44,281 bases of DNA from Dictyoglomaceae bacterium (GTDB taxonomy: Bacteria > Dictyoglomota > Dictyoglomia > Dictyoglomales > Dictyoglomaceae): the NCBI GenBank assembly GCA_028276205.1, contig JAPYWU010000001.1, forward strand, positions 1-44,281. The letters are read 5' to 3'. The notes beneath the pieces are model-generated. The model was not told the DNA's origin. It did no database searches and worked only from the letters and a program-made list of their open reading frames with translations. The position numbers were made by a program, and so were the translations under genes. Each line of letters starts with the position of its first letter. Within the stretch, counting starts at the first letter, position 1. Below are positions 10,538 to 22,094 of this stretch, piece by piece.

Positions 10538-10990
10538 ATGCTCTACGAAAAGATCACGAAAGATTATATGACTGCTCTAAAAAACAAAGATAATTTTAGG
10601 GCAGAAGTTTTAAGCACTTTAAGATCTGCAATTAAATATAGAGAAATTGAGTTGAGAGAAAAGGGAAAAGAATTAGATGATGGAGAAGTGTTAGAGGTTA
10701 TTAAGAAAGAGATTAAAAAAAGAAGAGAAGCTATTGAAATGTATAAGCAAGGTGGAAGACTTGACCTTGCTGAAAAGGAAGAGAATGAATTAAAGATTTT
10801 AGAAGAATATGTACCAGCAGAGATATCAGATGAGGAATTAAGGATAAAGATAAAAGAGATAATAGAGAAAGTTGGAGCTACTAATATTAAAGATATGGGA
10901 AAGGTTATGAAAGAAGCAATGTCTGAGTTAAAAGGATTAGCTGAAGGAGAAAGGATAAGAAAGGTAGTAGAGGAGCTTCTCAAAGGTTAA
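10538..10990 (+). CDS. GatB/YqeY domain protein
   Basis: KKRREAIE.Y..GGR.DLAEKE..E and KDMGKVM motifs. Confidence 0.92.
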   Translation: MLYEKITKDYMTALKNKDNFRAEVLSTLRSAIKYREIELREKGKELDDGEVLEVIKKEIKKRREAIEMYKQGGRLDLAEKEENELKILEEYVPAEISDEELRIKIKEIIEKVGATNIKDMGKVMKEAMSELKGLAEGERIRKVVEELLKG

Positions 10991-11451
10991 TGAAGTATAA
11001 TCTCCATGTGGTACTTATAGAACCACAGATTCCCTATAATACTGGTAATATTGGCAGGTTATGTGTGGCAACTAATTCTAAGCTTCATTTAGTTGGTAAA
11101 CTTGGGTTTTCTTTGACAGATAAATATTTAAAAAGGGCAGGTCTTGATTACTGGAGTTATCTTGATTATGAAACTTACAAGAATTGGGAAGATTTTTATG
11201 AGAAGAATAAAAAGGGAAGATTTTTTTTAGTTGAATTTCCTGCATATAAGATTTATACTGAAGTAGAATATAGAGAGGGAGATTATCTAATATTTGGATC
11301 TGAAGATGAAGGAATTCCAGAGGACATTGTTAACAAATATTGGGAGAATTCAATAACTATTCCCATGTTTGGACCAGTTAGATCTTTAAATTTATCAAAT
11401 TCGGTAGCTATAGTGGTTTATGAAGCGTTGAGACAGATAAAAAGATTTTGA
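10990..11451 (+). CDS. trmL: tRNA (cytidine/uridine-2'-O)-methyltransferase TrmL (SpoU)
   Basis: EPQIP.NTGNI.R.C, RAGLDYW, FGSE..G and RSLNLSN motifs. Confidence 0.95.
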   Translation: MKYNLHVVLIEPQIPYNTGNIGRLCVATNSKLHLVGKLGFSLTDKYLKRAGLDYWSYLDYETYKNWEDFYEKNKKGRFFLVEFPAYKIYTEVEYREGDYLIFGSEDEGIPEDIVNKYWENSITIPMFGPVRSLNLSNSVAIVVYEALRQIKRF

Positions 11452-11669
11452 TTTTTAAAAAGATGAATAAAAAGAAGCCTAAAAACATTTGGGAAATATT
11501 TAACTTTACTTTTGCCCTTGGAACAGGGCTTCTTGGTTCTTTATTAGTTAGTATCTTTATAGGGTATTATTTAGATAAAATTTTTGGTACATCTCCTGTT
11601 TTTCTTTTAGGATTTACAGTTCTTGGAATATGGGTAGGCTTCCGTGATATCTTTAGATTTCTACGGTAA
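11448..11669 (+). CDS. AtpZ/AtpI (AtpQ-like) small membrane protein
   Basis: Two TM helices with GYYLD..FGTSP motif; first gene of the atp cluster; TTG start overlaps the trmL stop (alternative ATG at 11463). Confidence 0.85.
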   Translation: MIFKKMNKKKPKNIWEIFNFTFALGTGLLGSLLVSIFIGYYLDKIFGTSPVFLLGFTVLGIWVGFRDIFRFLR

Positions 11670-11985
11670 ATATCTGAAGATTGCCTTTATAGGAATATTA
11701 ATAGGACTTGTTTTCTTCTTCTTATATCCTCCTATATCCTCTTTGATTTTTGGATTATGTGGTAGTATAATTACTTTTTGTTGGTTAGCCTATGATTTAA
11801 AAAGATATGGGATAGGAGGTTATAATAGAAGTATAATAAAAAGATATGGGATTTTAATTTTAGCTTTTTTATTAAGTTTGAGAGCTGGTTTTGTTGGAAT
11901 TATATTATTTTTAATAGGCTATTTAATAGGACAAGGATATATGATGATAATAACATGGAGGAATAAAGATGGAAAAAGGCCCTGA
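11644..11985 (+). CDS. ATP synthase accessory membrane protein (AtpI/AtpR-like)
   Basis: About four hydrophobic helices; lies between the atpZ-like gene and atpB. Confidence 0.6.
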   Translation: MISLDFYGKYLKIAFIGILIGLVFFFLYPPISSLIFGLCGSIITFCWLAYDLKRYGIGGYNRSIIKRYGILILAFLLSLRAGFVGIILFLIGYLIGQGYMMIITWRNKDGKRP

Positions 11986-12631
11986 AATAGGACCTCGAAT
12001 TATAGGAGAGATCTTTGGTATACCTATTACTAATACCTTCATATCTCTACAGATTGTATCCCTGATAGTTCTTGCTCTTTTATTTTGGTTTAGTTATAAA
12101 CCTAAAGAAGAGCTTACCACTAAGGAAAATATTGTTGAGACTCTTCTTGAAATGTTCAAAAGATATATTACTGGTTTTTTGCCTGAGGATGTGGCAGATA
12201 GGTATCTTGCTTTCTTTGGTACTCTATTTTTATTCATCCTTATATCCAATTGGTCTGGCTTTATACCAGGCTTTACTTCTCCTACATCTGATATTAATGT
12301 TACAGCGGGTCTTGCTATAGGTACTATTTTGTATATTCAATATGCAGCCTTTAAAGAGAGGGGAATAGAATATTTTAAGAGTTTTATCTCACCTTCTATC
12401 CTCTTTCTTCCTATAAATATTCTTGAACAGATAACTCGCCCTGTATCTCTTGCCTTACGTCTTTTTGGAAATATATCTGGTGAGCATATTGTTCTTGGAA
12501 TAATTACCATTCTTGCTCCTTTGATTGTTCCTGTACCTATTATGGCTTTAAATATGTTTATGGGGTTTATTCAAGCCTTTATATTTACAAGCCTTAGCGC
12601 TGCATATCTTGCAGCAGCATTAGAAGAGTAA
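11969..12631 (+). CDS. atpB: ATP synthase F0 subunit a
   Basis: SPTSDIN, RPVSLALRLFGNI (essential Arg) and IQAFIF..L..AY motifs. Confidence 0.97.
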   Translation: MEKGPEIGPRIIGEIFGIPITNTFISLQIVSLIVLALLFWFSYKPKEELTTKENIVETLLEMFKRYITGFLPEDVADRYLAFFGTLFLFILISNWSGFIPGFTSPTSDINVTAGLAIGTILYIQYAAFKERGIEYFKSFISPSILFLPINILEQITRPVSLALRLFGNISGEHIVLGIITILAPLIVPVPIMALNMFMGFIQAFIFTSLSAAYLAAALEE

Positions 12632-12645
12632 AGGAGGTAAAGAAT

Positions 12646-12903
12646 ATGATTGTATGGGTAATTATTGTTTCTATTATTACAGCAGGCTTTTCAGTGGCTT
12701 TAGTAGGTATGAATGCTACAAAGGCTCAGGGGAATGCAGCTGCAAGTGCCTTTGAAAGTGTGGCTCGACAACCAGAGTCCGCAGATCAAATTAACCGTAT
12801 GCTTCTTTTCGCCCTTGCCTTTATTGAGACTATTATGATATTTACATTAACTGTAGCTCTTATACTTCTCTTTGCAAATCCTCTTTTAGGAAAAATCTCA
12901 TAA
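12646..12903 (+). CDS. atpE: ATP synthase F0 subunit c
   Basis: Hairpin with ARQPE loop and conserved Glu61 (AFIET); FANP tail. Confidence 0.97.
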   Translation: MIVWVIIVSIITAGFSVALVGMNATKAQGNAAASAFESVARQPESADQINRMLLFALAFIETIMIFTLTVALILLFANPLLGKIS

Positions 12904-12920
12904 ATTAAGAAGGGAAAAGT

Positions 12921-13658
12921 ATGTTTTCATTTAATCTTCTCACCATAATATCTACTATTGTAAACCTGCTTGCTCTTGCTTGGCTAATTAAAAGATATCT
13001 TTTGGGTTCTATCATTAGGATAATGAACGAAAGAAAACAAAAGATAGAAAATGCAATTTTAGAGGCAGAGAATAAATTAAAAGAGGCAGAGGAATTAAAA
13101 AAACAAAGAGAAGAACAGCTTTCTCGTGCAAGAGAGGAGGCATCTAAAATTATCCAAGAGGCAGTAGATACCGCAGAGAAGATGAAGAGGGATATATTAC
13201 AGAAGGCAGAAGACGAAGCAGAAAGGATCATTATAAGAGCTCATGAAATATCAATGGCAGAAAGAAAGAGAGCCTTGGAGATGGCTAAGAAAGAGATTTT
13301 GGATCTATCTAAGATTATTATAAAGGAATTCTTTAGAAGATTCTTACCAGAAGGTACTGAAGAACTTATTATTATTAAATTTGTTAATGATATGAGTTCG
13401 GTAATTTCTCAGGTAAAACCAAATGATTTGGAGGAAGTTAAATTTATTTCTTCGGATAATGTTAAACCCTCTGTGAAAGCTCAGATTGAAGAAAAATTGA
13501 GGTCAATTATTCCAGGAAATTATAAACTTTCTTTTGAAGTAGATCCTAATATAGGTCTTGGTTTTAAACTGTTAATAGGAGAATTTCTTATTGATAATTC
13601 CATAGAATATCATCTTTCCCAAATTTATGAATCCCTAAGAGGGGTTGAGAATATATGA
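12921..13658 (+). CDS. atpF: ATP synthase subunit b with delta-like C-terminal extension
   Basis: N-terminal TM, charged coiled coil, then FEVDPNIGLGFKL.IG...IDNS resembling the delta/OSCP C-terminus; no separate atpH. Confidence 0.88.
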   Translation: MFSFNLLTIISTIVNLLALAWLIKRYLLGSIIRIMNERKQKIENAILEAENKLKEAEELKKQREEQLSRAREEASKIIQEAVDTAEKMKRDILQKAEDEAERIIIRAHEISMAERKRALEMAKKEILDLSKIIIKEFFRRFLPEGTEELIIIKFVNDMSSVISQVKPNDLEEVKFISSDNVKPSVKAQIEEKLRSIIPGNYKLSFEVDPNIGLGFKLLIGEFLIDNSIEYHLSQIYESLRGVENI

Positions 13659-15155
13659 AAGAAGAAGTTTTAGGTTTATCTATAGAAAAAATTGAAAAAA
13701 GATTAAAGGAATACAATTTTTCTCCAAGAATTTCTAATATTGGTTATGTGAAAAGTGTGGGAGATGGCGTAGTACAGGCTACTCTTTTAAACTCAGCTTT
13801 TGTAGGAGAGATGGTAATTTTTGAATCAGGAATTCAAGGACTTGTGCTTAGCTTGAAAGAAGATACTGTAGGGATAGTTCTCTTTGGAAAAGATGAATAT
13901 GTAAAAGAAGGAGATATAGTATATTCTACTGGTAAAATATTACAAGTGCCAGTTGGTAAAGGATATTTGGGAAGGATAATAGATCCCCTTGGTAATCCAT
14001 TGGATGAGGGTGGTCCTATCTTTCCTGAGACATATATGCCTGTAGATAGAGAAGCACCAAGTATTTTTGATAGAGAGCCTGTAAAAGAGCCTTTATATAC
14101 AGGTATAAGAACGATAGATGCTTTGATTCCTATTGGACATGGGCAAAGGGAGCTAATATTAGGGGATAGACAGACTGGAAAAACCACTATTGCTATAGAT
14201 ACTATTATAAATCAAAAAAATTATGGCACTATCTGTATTTATGTAGCTATTGCTCAAAAAAGGACAAATATTGCGAGACTTGTGCAAACTCTTAGAGAAT
14301 ATGATGCTCTCTCCCATACCATAGTAATAGCTACCTTTCCTGATGAATCACCTGCATTAAGATATATTGCTCCTATGGCAGGATGTGCCATGGGTGAGTA
14401 TTTTATGCATCAAGGGGAGAAGGTACTTGTAGTTTATGATGATCTTACAAAACATGCTAATACTTACAGAGAAATAGCATTACTTTTGAGAAGAACACCT
14501 GGAAGAGAGGCATACCCTGGAGATATTTTCTATCTTCATGCCCATCTTTTAGAGAGAGCTGCTAAATTAAATAAAAGATTAGGTGGAGGAGCTCTTACTG
14601 CTTTACCAATTGCTGAAACCTTAGCAGGAGAAATTGCAACTTATATTCCTACAAACCTCATATCTATAACCGATGGACAGATCTATCTTGATACATCTTT
14701 ATTTAATTCTGGAATTCGTCCTGCCATAAATGTGGGACTTTCAGTATCAAGGGTAGGGGGCTCTGCTCAACCAAGAGGAATGAGGCAGGTTGCTGGAAGA
14801 TTAAGACTTGATCTTGCCCAATATAGAGAATATGCTATGTTTCTTGAATTTGGTACAGAGCTTGATATGGCTACTCAGAAAAAGATAGAAAGAGGTAAAA
14901 GAATTGAGGAAATTCTTAAACAAGGGGCTCATGAGGTACAACCCATAGAAGAACAAATAATAACCTTTTATCTTGCTAATGGTGGATTTTTGGACTCTTA
15001 TCCTGTAGAAAAAGTTAAAGATGTGGTAGTTAAATACATTGCTTATCTAAAACTTAAGGCTTCCTCTCTATTGGTTTTACTGAGACAGCAATTAGAATTA
15101 TCAGATCAGATCATTTATCAACTTCATACTACATTTCAGGAATTTCAAAAAGAAT

Positions 15156-15184
<29 letters not shown>
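13655..15184 (+). CDS. atpA: ATP synthase F1 subunit alpha
   Basis: GDRQTGKT, PGREAYPGDIFYLH, SITDGQI and SVSRVGG motifs. Confidence 0.98.
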
Positions 15185-17427
<2,243 letters not shown>

Positions 17428-17429
17428 CT

Positions 17430-17870
17430 ATGAAAGAAGATGTTAAGAAAGAAATATATTTAGAGATTGTAACACCAGTAAAAGTAATATATAGGGGATA
17501 TGTAAATTCTGTTATTTTGCCAGTAGAGGATGGAATGATTGGGATCTTACCAAGACATGTAAATACATTGGCAAGAATTGTTCCTGGAATTCTTATTGCA
17601 AAAACTAATAAAGCATCTTCTTATTTTGTAGTAGGTAAAGGGTTTATGGAGTTTATTAGAGATAAAGCTTATATTATTACCGATGAGGCAGAGATAATAG
17701 AGAAAATCAATTTAGATACTTTAGAAAAAGAAGAAAACGAATTAAAAGAAAAATTAAAAGAAACCCAAGACAAAGATATCCGCGAAGAGATTAAGTATGC
17801 TCTTCTTTTAAACTCTTATAAGAAGAAAGCTCTACAATTATTCTTGAAGACTAAAGATTCCACAAAGTGA
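17430..17870 (+). CDS. atpC: ATP synthase F1 subunit epsilon
   Basis: LEIVTP and G.IGILP.H motifs; C-terminal helical hairpin. Confidence 0.95.
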   Translation: MKEDVKKEIYLEIVTPVKVIYRGYVNSVILPVEDGMIGILPRHVNTLARIVPGILIAKTNKASSYFVVGKGFMEFIRDKAYIITDEAEIIEKINLDTLEKEENELKEKLKETQDKDIREEIKYALLLNSYKKKALQLFLKTKDSTK

Positions 17871-18438
17871 AAGAAGTTGTAGATATGGCTGTTGCTCCTG
17901 CCGAAAGAATTTCCTTTGCTTCCTCTGGAGTTCTTATTAAGCCTCCTGCAATTAATGGATAAGGAATTTGGCTTTTTAGCTCTTCTCCTAAATGAATAAA
18001 GATGATTCCAGGAAGGATCTCTACAAGGTCAGGTTCTGCTGTTTGCATGATCTTTACACCAGTAGCCAAGGCAGAAGAATCAAGTACAAAGAATCTTTGT
18101 ATCGCTATCAAGTCTTCTGCTTTTGCTTGCTGTATCAAATTAGATCTTGTTGTGATAACCCCATCTATTCCTACCACATCTCCTAAATATCTTAATGCAT
18201 ATTTGTCCTGAGCCAAACCCTCTAATAAATCTAAATGAATAAATACTAATTTGTTATGAGATTTTATCTCTTGTACAATATTGGGTAAAGTTAAAACATT
18301 TGTTTTTAATAAGAACAAGACCTTTGATTTACTTTGAAGAGCTTGAGGAAGTCTTTCCTCTTCTCTAACAGCAGCAATAATAGGACTTGCTTTAATAATA
18401 TCCAGGAATTCCTTCACGCTGATTTTTTTCTTCTCCAT
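17851..18438 (-). CDS. glpP: Glycerol-3-phosphate-responsive antiterminator GlpP
   Basis: PIIAAV, FIHLDLLEGL..D, DGVITTR, QRFFVLDS, EILPG and IAGGLI motifs. Confidence 0.93.
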   Translation of the reverse strand: MEKKKISVKEFLDIIKASPIIAAVREEERLPQALQSKSKVLFLLKTNVLTLPNIVQEIKSHNKLVFIHLDLLEGLAQDKYALRYLGDVVGIDGVITTRSNLIQQAKAEDLIAIQRFFVLDSSALATGVKIMQTAEPDLVEILPGIIFIHLGEELKSQIPYPLIAGGLIRTPEEAKEILSAGATAISTTSFTLWNL

Positions 18439-18481
18439 TTCTCTCCCCTCTTACAAAGATTTTTTAAACAACTTATAATCT

Positions 18482-18520
18482 CTTGCTTTTATTATATCAG
18501 AAAAAGCAAGGAAGTGTAAA
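18482..18520 (-). promoter_or_regulatory. glpP promoter with a flanking inverted repeat
   Basis: Minus strand TTTACA (18520-18515), 18-nt spacer, TGaTATAAT (18499-18491); 9-bp inverted repeat CTTGCTTTT/AAAAGCAAG brackets the -10. Confidence 0.6.
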
Positions 18521-18537
18521 GGATTAAAAATATTTAA

Positions 18538-19166
18538 TGGGTTTACAATTTTACTTTAACCCAAACTATTACTTGGCAATCTGGTTATCCAAAACCTCTT
18601 CCTGGGGGAAGCATTGAATTAAAATGGAATACTATTCCTGGAGCTACAAGTTATACAATTTACAGGATTGAAGGAAATGAAAATCCATTTTCCCCTGATG
18701 GAGATGGTTTTAGAGACAAGGTTTATATATCATTTTATATTTTAGTGAATATGCTACAGTAACAGTTACTCTTAGGGATAGTAGTAATGCCACCTATACA
18801 TTACTTGATTGGAATGGAAGAATTTGTCCAGCACCTGGCACATATAATGTGGAATGGGATGGCTATTTTGGAGGGTCCTTAGCTCAGGAAGGAATAATTA
18901 CTTATACAATAACCGCTACTGATTATGCAGGAAATGTTAATACAGCCTCCAGTAAATTAATCTTAGATATTCCTGATGTAGAAGTCTCTAATCTTATAGG
19001 AACACCTAATCCTTTTGGTTCTATGTTAGACCCAAATAAAGAATTTTATAAGGCTACTTATACTAAACCTTTTACAGATACCTATGGAAATGAATTTAAC
19101 AAAGATCTATAGATTTGAGTCGTCCTGTTATAATTTCAGTTTTTCCAACGGGTAATGTATCAAAGC
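18538..19166 (+). pseudogene. Fragmented FN3/FlgD-Ig-like secreted protein remnant
   Basis: Startless frame 18538-18762 (IELKWNTIPGATSYTIYR...NPFSPDGDGFRDKVYISFY); frameshift near 18740 into FSEYATVTVTLRD...YNVEWDG...YTITATDYAGN (to 19112); then a third-frame piece DLSRPVIISVFP. Confidence 0.7.
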
Positions 19167-19169
19167 TGA

Positions 19170-19931
19170 AAAAAGAATTGGAGTGCTTTTATAACAATAG
19201 AAGGAGATATTAATGGGATTACATATAATCCTGCCTCAATAGTAAGGCTTTATAACTCACAATTTTTTATATCCTATAATTATTTGGGTTTAAATCCAGA
19301 AAGCCTTGGATTCAGTGGATCTAACATAACAGGTACTATTATATCCTTTGGCGTACCTGATAAGGGAATGTGGGCAAGTGCTTTATATTATAGTAGAATT
19401 TCTCCTGATGAAGAATTAGGGATGCGGTATTCTGAGAATGTATTAGCCTATTCTATGGGTAAAGTTTTATTTTCTAATCTTTCTGTAGGAATGAATATAA
19501 AAAGAATGTGGGCTATTTTACCATCTCCTTATAATTCAGAAGGTTTTGGTATAGATTTTGGTGTAATATTTAAAATTACCCCTCAGGTTAAAATTGGAGC
19601 GGTAGTTTATAATATTTATAATAATATGTCATGGTCTGATGGAACAGAATCCTACGATGAATTGATAACACCAAATATCAAGGTTGGGCTTTCATATCAA
19701 TCAGAAAATTTAGTAGTGTCTGGAAATGTTAGTATTCCATCTTTAAGTTTCCAGGTTGGTGGAGAATATTTGTTTAAGAAAGTTATATATGTAAGATTAG
19801 GATGGAATATGGATTCTCCTACTTTTGGCCTTGGTTTTAAAAAGGATAATATAGTAATTGATTATGCTCTTTTATACTCTTTAAACTTGGGAGGATTTCA
19901 CCATAGAGTGGGTCTTTCTATGAGTTTTTAG
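19170..19931 (+). pseudogene. 5'-truncated PorV/PorQ (UPF0164)-like outer-membrane beta-barrel
   Basis: Frame opens after TGA 19167-19169: SAFITIEGDINGITYNPAS...G.GIDFG...GGEY...VRLGW...GLGF...IDYA...HRVGLSMSF; no signal peptide or proper start. Confidence 0.65.
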
Positions 19932-19942
19932 GAAACTTTCTT

Positions 19943-19973
19943 AAAGGGGGAAGGATTATGTCCTCCCCCTTTT
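19943..19973. terminator. Bidirectional intrinsic terminator
   Basis: AAAGGGGG-a-AGGA ttatg TCCT-CCCCCTTT hairpin between convergent genes. Confidence 0.8.
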
Positions 19974-19977
19974 ATTT

Positions 19978-21438
19978 TTATCCTTTAATTACAGCCAATG
20001 GTTTCATTTGGGCGACCCTTTTTGAGATTCCCACGTTATGTACTACATTTACTACATCTACCACATTTTTGTAAGCTTCTGAGGCCTCTTCTACTATAGA
20101 AGCCTTAGATGCTGCCTTTACTATAATTCCTCTTTCAAGTAGTTCTCTTTCAATATCGGAAGCTCTTAAACCACTTTTTAAAAGCTTACTTCTGCTTTGG
20201 GTTCTTCCTGCTCCATGGCAAGTAGATCCAAAAGATATTTCCATAGCCTTAGGAAGACCTATAAGAAGAAAAGAAGATCTTCCCATATCTCCTGGTATTA
20301 TCACTGGCTGACCTATATCTTTGTAATCTTCTGGAAGATCCGGATGTCCTGCAGGAAAGGCCCTTGTAGCTCCTTTTCTATGTACTACTATCTCTTCTAT
20401 TTTTCCATCAATATCATGTTCTTCTAATTTAGCAATATTATGGGCTACATCATAAATAAGCCTCATTCCTAATGATTCAGCTCCCTCTCTAAATACTTTT
20501 TCAAATACCTCTCTTACCCAATGGGTTATCATTTGTCTGTTTGCCCAAGCAAAGTTGGCTGCACAAGACATGGCTGAGAAATAATCCTGTCCTTCAGGAG
20601 AATCAAAAGGAGCACAAGCAAGTTGTTTATCTGGTACTTCAATACCATATTTCCTCATAGCGTTAGACATTACTCTGATATAATCTTCAGCTACCTGATG
20701 TCCAAGACCACGAGATCCTGTATGTACCATGATTACTATCTGATCTGGAAAGATTCCTAATTTATCCGCTATCTCTGGCTCAAAAATCTTGCTAACTACT
20801 TGAATTTCCAAGAAATGGTTTCCTGAGCCCAAAGTACCTAATTGATATTCTCCTCTTTCTTTTGCTTTTTTAGATACCTTATCTGGATCTGCATATGGAA
20901 GTCTTCCTCTTTCTTCTATATGTTCTAAATCTTCTTTCCATCCATAACCCTGTTTTACAGCCCATTGAGCACCTTTTTCAAGAACCTCATCAAGCTCTTT
21001 ACCTTTTACCCTCAGATCTCCTTCTGAGCCTACCCCAGCTGGAATTTTATCAAAAAGCTCATCTACTAACTCTCTTATCTTTGGCAAAACATCTTCTTTT
21101 GATAGATTAGTTCTTATTAATCTTACACCGCAATTTATATCGTATCCTACACCTCCTGGAGAAATAACCCCTCCCTTTTTCTTCATGCCTGCTACTCCAC
21201 CTATAGGAAAACCATATCCCCAATGGATATCTGGCATAGCTAAGGAGTATTTTAATATGCCAGGTAGAGATGCAACATTAGCTACCTGTTCTGGAGATTG
21301 GTCTTTAACGATATCTTCCATTAGTTTTTCATCAGCAAATATAATACCTGGTACCCTCATAAAAGGCTTATAATCCTTAGGTATCATATATCTATAATCA
21401 TCTATCTTAACAAGTTTACCTTTCCATTCATTTCCCAT
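19978..21438 (-). CDS. rtcB: RtcB RNA-splicing/repair ligase (long, archaeal/eukaryotic-like form)
   Basis: MPDIHWGYGFPIGGV, GYDINCG, GTLGSGNHF, HTGSRG, HN, HRKGA and HGAGR motifs. Confidence 0.97.
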   Translation of the reverse strand: MGNEWKGKLVKIDDYRYMIPKDYKPFMRVPGIIFADEKLMEDIVKDQSPEQVANVASLPGILKYSLAMPDIHWGYGFPIGGVAGMKKKGGVISPGGVGYDINCGVRLIRTNLSKEDVLPKIRELVDELFDKIPAGVGSEGDLRVKGKELDEVLEKGAQWAVKQGYGWKEDLEHIEERGRLPYADPDKVSKKAKERGEYQLGTLGSGNHFLEIQVVSKIFEPEIADKLGIFPDQIVIMVHTGSRGLGHQVAEDYIRVMSNAMRKYGIEVPDKQLACAPFDSPEGQDYFSAMSCAANFAWANRQMITHWVREVFEKVFREGAESLGMRLIYDVAHNIAKLEEHDIDGKIEEIVVHRKGATRAFPAGHPDLPEDYKDIGQPVIIPGDMGRSSFLLIGLPKAMEISFGSTCHGAGRTQSRSKLLKSGLRASDIERELLERGIIVKAASKASIVEEASEAYKNVVDVVNVVHNVGISKRVAQMKPLAVIKG

Positions 21439-21541
21439 TTTTTATTACACCTCCCAAAATCTTTGATATTTCTAAATTTTCCTAATATTTATTATAATGT
21501 AAAAGAGAGAAAAAATAAAAAGAAGGGAGGAAAACGGTCTT

Positions 21542-21946
21542 ATGTTTTATGAAATCTCCGTATCTACTCCTCAAAAGGTGGCTCTTGTGGATATAACAGA
21601 AAAGATTGAAGAAGTTATAAAGAAAAGTAATGTAAAAAATGGAATTTGCTTTATCTTTGTCCCTCATACTACAGCAGGAATATTGATAAATGAGAATTAT
21701 GATCCCAGTGTGGTGAGAGATATCATATCTACTTATGATAAGATAGTTCCTTCTAATATTCCCTATGCTCATACTGAAGGAAATTCTCCTGCTCATATTA
21801 AGAGTACTATTGTAGGGGCGAATACTTTTCTATTTATAAGGGAAGGAAAGCTTAAGCTAGGAACTTGGCAAGGAGTCTTTTTAGCTGAGTTTGATGGACC
21901 AAGGTATAGAAAAGTATGGGTTGACATATGGGAAGAAAAGGAATAA
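21542..21946 (+). CDS. yjbQ: YjbQ/UPF0047 family protein
   Basis: PHTTAG..INEN.DP, H.EGNS.AH.K, LGTWQG and EFDGPR motifs. Confidence 0.93.
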   Translation: MFYEISVSTPQKVALVDITEKIEEVIKKSNVKNGICFIFVPHTTAGILINENYDPSVVRDIISTYDKIVPSNIPYAHTEGNSPAHIKSTIVGANTFLFIREGKLKLGTWQGVFLAEFDGPRYRKVWVDIWEEKE

Positions 21947-21949
21947 ACT
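21921..21949 (+). promoter_or_regulatory. Sigma70 promoter for the small ORF at 21989
   Basis: TTGACA (21921-21926), 17-nt spacer, TAAACT (21944-21949), embedded in the yjbQ 3' end. Confidence 0.65.
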
Positions 21950-21988
21950 TATTCATAGTTTTTATATACAGAAAGGGGGGAAGATAAG

Positions 21989-22066
21989 ATGGCATGGTAT
22001 TGGTGGGTATTAATAGTTATTGTGATTATTCTTCTTATTTGGTATTTCATGAAGGGGAAAAAGTAG
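21989..22066 (+). CDS. Unannotated 25-aa single-pass membrane peptide MAWYWWVLIVIVIILLIWYFMKGKK
   Basis: SD GAAAGGGGGG 8 nt before ATG, upstream promoter, downstream terminator, ideal TM-peptide composition. Confidence 0.75.
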   Translation: MAWYWWVLIVIVIILLIWYFMKGKK

Positions 22067-22094
22067 GCTTTTAGTTTTTTAATTTCTTTGATCA

